Notes under the pieces: model-generated
Told to the model about the DNA's origin: nothing
Database searches by the model: none
What the model saw: only the letters and a program-made list of their open reading frames with translations
Shown here: piece by piece, positions 42,673 to 45,813 of the stretch
How the letters are laid out: each line of letters opens with the position of its first letter
How positions within the stretch are numbered: the stretch's first letter is position 1
Translations under genes and position numbers: made by a program
Source of the DNA: a virus
Lineage: Duplodnaviria; Caudoviricetes
Strand: one strand, 5' to 3'
Length of the DNA: 45,813 bases
Virus record (IMG/VR): IMGVR_UViG_3300012921_000078
Coordinates: 1-45,813 of that record

Positions 42673-43146
42673 TCAACCTTTCTCGTTCTGACCTGCGATG
42701 CCTTTAGCTGCCGGTGCCTGTTGTTGGCGCGACATCCAGTTTACGTTCTCCGTGGCAATGATGTTTTCGGTTTGAAGAATGAGAGTCTTTTTTGCTTCTT
42801 CGGGTGACAATCCATCATACGCACCAACCCCGCCGACATACGAGAACTTCTCGCGCCGCAAGTTTTCGCAAACTGCACGGTAGTTGATCCATTTGTCGTG
42901 CCACCCATTGACCTGTTGTAGTCCCTCCAGAATTACGACGCCTACGCCGATAGCCGCAGTTACGGTCCCGTCGGCCAGAATTGCAGCCAGAGGCACCGTG
43001 GCGCTCATGCTCATGGAAAGAAGCTTTGTCCTTTGCGCCCAGCCTTGTGCGGCGCGAGCTTTGCGATCGTACCAATCGAGTTGCTGTTCCAGCCGGGCGT
43101 ATCCGCTATCCGGTTCAGTGTATTTGGTTTCCGATTTTCCGGTCAT
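42673..43146 (-). CDS. DUF4231 / SLATT-family two-TM protein
   Basis: RLEQQLDWYDRKA...two hydrophobic helices...WINYR..CE.LRREK..Y. Confidence 0.85.
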   Translation of the reverse strand: MTGKSETKYTEPDSGYARLEQQLDWYDRKARAAQGWAQRTKLLSMSMSATVPLAAILADGTVTAAIGVGVVILEGLQQVNGWHDKWINYRAVCENLRREKFSYVGGVGAYDGLSPEEAKKTLILQTENIIATENVNWMSRQQQAPAAKGIAGQNEKG

Positions 43147-43279
43147 GAAAGCTGCCTTGAGAAGCGGGTTGAATTGTCGAAGCTAACCAGACGGGCACAA
43201 CTTTGCACTAGTAGGATGTTACCTCACTACTATATTCTCAATCGGAGCGTTTCTCGCGACGCTCCGCTGGGGAAGGTTC

Positions 43280-44365
43280 ATGAGCTTGATTGCGGTGCGA
43301 AAAGGGTTGCTGTTGCTGGCGGCACTCACTGGCTGTTCACTTCTTTTCATAGGCTCGTCCAAAGCTGCCAAGATCGAGTACGTGAGGCGAACCTATTGTA
43401 ATGTTCTTCTCAGCGGACCCATCGAGAAGGGCGATTTGCGCAGGCTCCAGAGCGCGCTCGAGAATATCCCGGAGCGATTCTCGCGGGTGCCTGTGGCCGG
43501 CGATGGCATTTTCGCTAACATCTGCCTGAACAGCCGCGGTGGAGATCTAGCCGAAGCACTGGCCATTGTCCGCTTCCTTGCGGAGACAATCCGCTACGGT
43601 ACGGTGGTCGATGAGGGACATGAGTGCCTGGATGCCTGCGCATTCATTTTCATGGCCGGCAGCTATTTTTACGATCATGGTAATGTAAAACCGTCGCGGC
43701 TCCTTCATGTCCGCGGGAAACTTGGTTTTCAAGTGCCGACGAACAATACTGGCGCTGGCACGTACGACCACGTTGCCGTTCAGCACGCCTATACAAATGC
43801 TTCCGCTGCAATTTCAGGGCTAATCGAGATCGATTCCTCACGAAAGATGGGATCAGATCGCGACCGTGTAATGCCCCGATCGCTTATGCTAGAAATACTC
43901 GGCCGGGAACCTGAAGAACCGCTGATCCTGGAAACCATTGAGCAGGCCTTGAGGTGGAACATTGCTCTCATCAGCGACACCCAGCTAAAAGCAATTACGC
44001 AGCGTATGACGCTTCGTGCTTGCGCCAACGACTTGCTTGAAAGGTATTCCATAAGAATAACCAGTGATAGCACGACCGATCAGCCCATCGAACTTTTGAA
44101 CAACCGGGCTACGCGCGTTTTTAAAAATCTCGGTCCTCGCAAAGACTACGACTGCACCGTACAGGTCATTCGCGACGCCAATAGCAGATATTTCGTCAAC
44201 GTGAACATCAACCAGCGCGGCATAAAGCGTTATGTAGTGCCTTTCAAGGTATTCCTTCGGGAAACGAAGAGGCCGGTGAGCGAAACGACCCGAGTGGGCA
44301 ATGGCGTCTGCGCGCCGATCTGGTCGCTGCTGCCCTCCGAAACTAAATTGGAAGCTCTACAGTGA
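43280..44365 (+). CDS. Exported ClpP/crotonase-fold (COG3904-like) protein, copy 1
   Basis: Signal peptide; LSGPIEKGD, LNSRGG, C.DAC.FIFMAG, LGF. Confidence 0.8.
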   Translation: MSLIAVRKGLLLLAALTGCSLLFIGSSKAAKIEYVRRTYCNVLLSGPIEKGDLRRLQSALENIPERFSRVPVAGDGIFANICLNSRGGDLAEALAIVRFLAETIRYGTVVDEGHECLDACAFIFMAGSYFYDHGNVKPSRLLHVRGKLGFQVPTNNTGAGTYDHVAVQHAYTNASAAISGLIEIDSSRKMGSDRDRVMPRSLMLEILGREPEEPLILETIEQALRWNIALISDTQLKAITQRMTLRACANDLLERYSIRITSDSTTDQPIELLNNRATRVFKNLGPRKDYDCTVQVIRDANSRYFVNVNINQRGIKRYVVPFKVFLRETKRPVSETTRVGNGVCAPIWSLLPSETKLEALQ

Positions 44366-44389
44366 CTGTATTGAACAAACGATTCGACC

Positions 44390-44617
44390 TCACGCTGGCA
44401 GCGCTCGGCATATTAGGCTGTGCCTCGGTTCTGGATGCGCCGGTATCCAATTTTTTAAACGTCGCTCGTTCGCACTCATGCTCATGGAAAGACGCTTTAT
44501 CCTTTGCGCCCAGCCTTGAGCAGCGCGCGCCTTGCGATCGTACCAACCGAGATGCTGTTCGAGCCGGGAGTATCCACTATCCGGGTCCGTGTACTTGGCT
44601 TGCGATTTTGAATTCAT
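44390..44617 (-). pseudogene. Truncated duplicate of the DUF4231/SLATT gene
   Basis: First ~48 codons highly similar to 42673..43146 (YT.PDSGY.RLEQ.L.WYDRKARAAQGWAQR.K.LSMSMSA), then similarity ends before the TM region. Confidence 0.85.
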
Positions 44618-44739
44618 GAAGGCTGCTTTAAGAAGCTGGTTGGGCAGAAAAAGCGGTGCACACTAACAGGCTGTTTGAGTTTGATATATTCCCCAGCTGC
44701 GGCATTCTTGCTACGTTGCACCGGGACAGGTTACAAAAA

Positions 44740-45813
44740 ATGATTGCAGTGCAAAAAGGTCTGTTGCTGTTGGCAGCCTTTGCGGGGTTCTCGCTTCCAT
44801 TCGCAAGCATGTCCGAAGCCGCCAAGATCGAGTACGTGAAGCGTACTTACTGCAATGTTCTTCTCAGTGGCCCCATCGAGACGGGCGATCTTCTTAAAGT
44901 AAAAACAGCCCTTGAGAATATCCCGGACCAGTTTTCCCAAATGCCGGAAACCGGGGATACCTCAAATGTGTGCCTGAACAGCCGCGGTGGAGATCTAGCC
45001 GAAGCACTGGCTATCGTCCGTTTTTTTTCGGAGACAATCCGCTATGGTACGGTGGTCGATGAGGGCCACGAGTGCCTAGACGTCTGCTCTTTCGTATTCA
45101 TGGCCGGCAGTTATGATTACTATCATAGCATTGCAAAGCCCTCGCGGCGCCTGCATGTCCGCGGCAAGCTCGGCTTCCGCGCGCCGACAAACAAGACTAG
45201 TGCTGGTACTTATGACCGTGTAGCCGTTCAACAGGCCTACACGAATGCTTCCGCCGCAATATCGGGCCTGATCGAAATCGAATCCTCGCGAAAGATAAGA
45301 TCCGACCGCAACCGCATCATGCCCCGCCCGCTGATGCTGGAAATTCTAGGCCGCGAGCCTGAAGAACCGCTGATGCTGGAAACCGTCGAGCAGGCATGGA
45401 CGTGGAACATTGCCCTGGTCGGCTATGCGCAGCCGAAAATCATTACGCAGCGTATGCTGTTTCGCGCTTGCGCGAACGACTTGCTCGACCGGTTCTCGAT
45501 AAGAATTTCTGACGAAGGGGCAACCGATCAACCGATCGAACTTTCCAACGACAGGGCCATGCGTGTTCTTAGGAGTCTTGGCCCTCGCAAGGACTATGAC
45601 TGCACCGTGCAAGTCGTTCGAGATGCCAGCCGAGGGCATTTCATCGATGTGAACAACAACCAGCGCGGTAGGGAACCCTATGTCACGCCTTTCGAACTCT
45701 TCCTTGAGGAAACGAAGAAACAGGTGAGCGAGCTAAATAAGGTCGGCCTCGGTATCGGAGAGCCGATTTGGTCGTTGCTGCCACCCGATACGAAATTGGA
45801 CGCGCTACGATGA
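44740..45813 (+). CDS. Exported ClpP/crotonase-fold protein, copy 2
   Basis: Colinear paralogue of 43280..44365; ATG 44740 aligns with the copy 1 start region. Confidence 0.8.
   Translation: MIAVQKGLLLLAAFAGFSLPFASMSEAAKIEYVKRTYCNVLLSGPIETGDLLKVKTALENIPDQFSQMPETGDTSNVCLNSRGGDLAEALAIVRFFSETIRYGTVVDEGHECLDVCSFVFMAGSYDYYHSIAKPSRRLHVRGKLGFRAPTNKTSAGTYDRVAVQQAYTNASAAISGLIEIESSRKIRSDRNRIMPRPLMLEILGREPEEPLMLETVEQAWTWNIALVGYAQPKIITQRMLFRACANDLLDRFSIRISDEGATDQPIELSNDRAMRVLRSLGPRKDYDCTVQVVRDASRGHFIDVNNNQRGREPYVTPFELFLEETKKQVSELNKVGLGIGEPIWSLLPPDTKLDALR

Larger units (their letters stand above)
35806..45813. mobile_element. Lower-GC accessory island starting at the tRNA-Gln 3' end (continues beyond window)
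   Basis: Abrupt composition/codon change; TCATTCTGAC direct repeat at 35848 and 35871; no integrase inside window. Confidence 0.6.

Overview
Positions 1-~35500 are an apparently intact, GC-rich temperate prophage with podovirus (T7/BPP-1-type) morphogenesis genes, most likely in an alphaproteobacterium. It carries a tyrosine integrase, a leftward early operon, a cI/cro switch, primase and helicase, terS/terL, portal, scaffold, capsid, tail adaptor and nozzle, ejection proteins, tail fibre and a lysis cassette. It ends at the 3' end of a tRNA-Pro(CGG); the other att end must lie left of the window. A divergent tRNA-Gln(TTG) is followed by a visibly lower-GC accessory island: an R-S-E ADP-ribosyltransferase-like gene, a PIN-like gene, secreted/membrane proteins, a SLATT/DUF4231 gene and a tandem duplication. 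Most notable signals: (i) five 13-6-13 bp dyad repeats bracketing the ART-like gene; (ii) a late-promoter-like motif GGATGCTCCCCC found five times, whose last copy precedes an MmgR/suhB-like sRNA rather than a gene; (iii) a DUF6948-like gene coupled to a protein with 59 Gly-[Y/D/S] dipeptides; (iv) a hairpin element found three times in the early operon; (v) an Acb2/Tad1-like sponge and a nuclease-bearing ejection protein; (vi) a parS-like site and a motif shared by the att region and the end of terS. All family calls come from motif recognition by eye; no searches were run.
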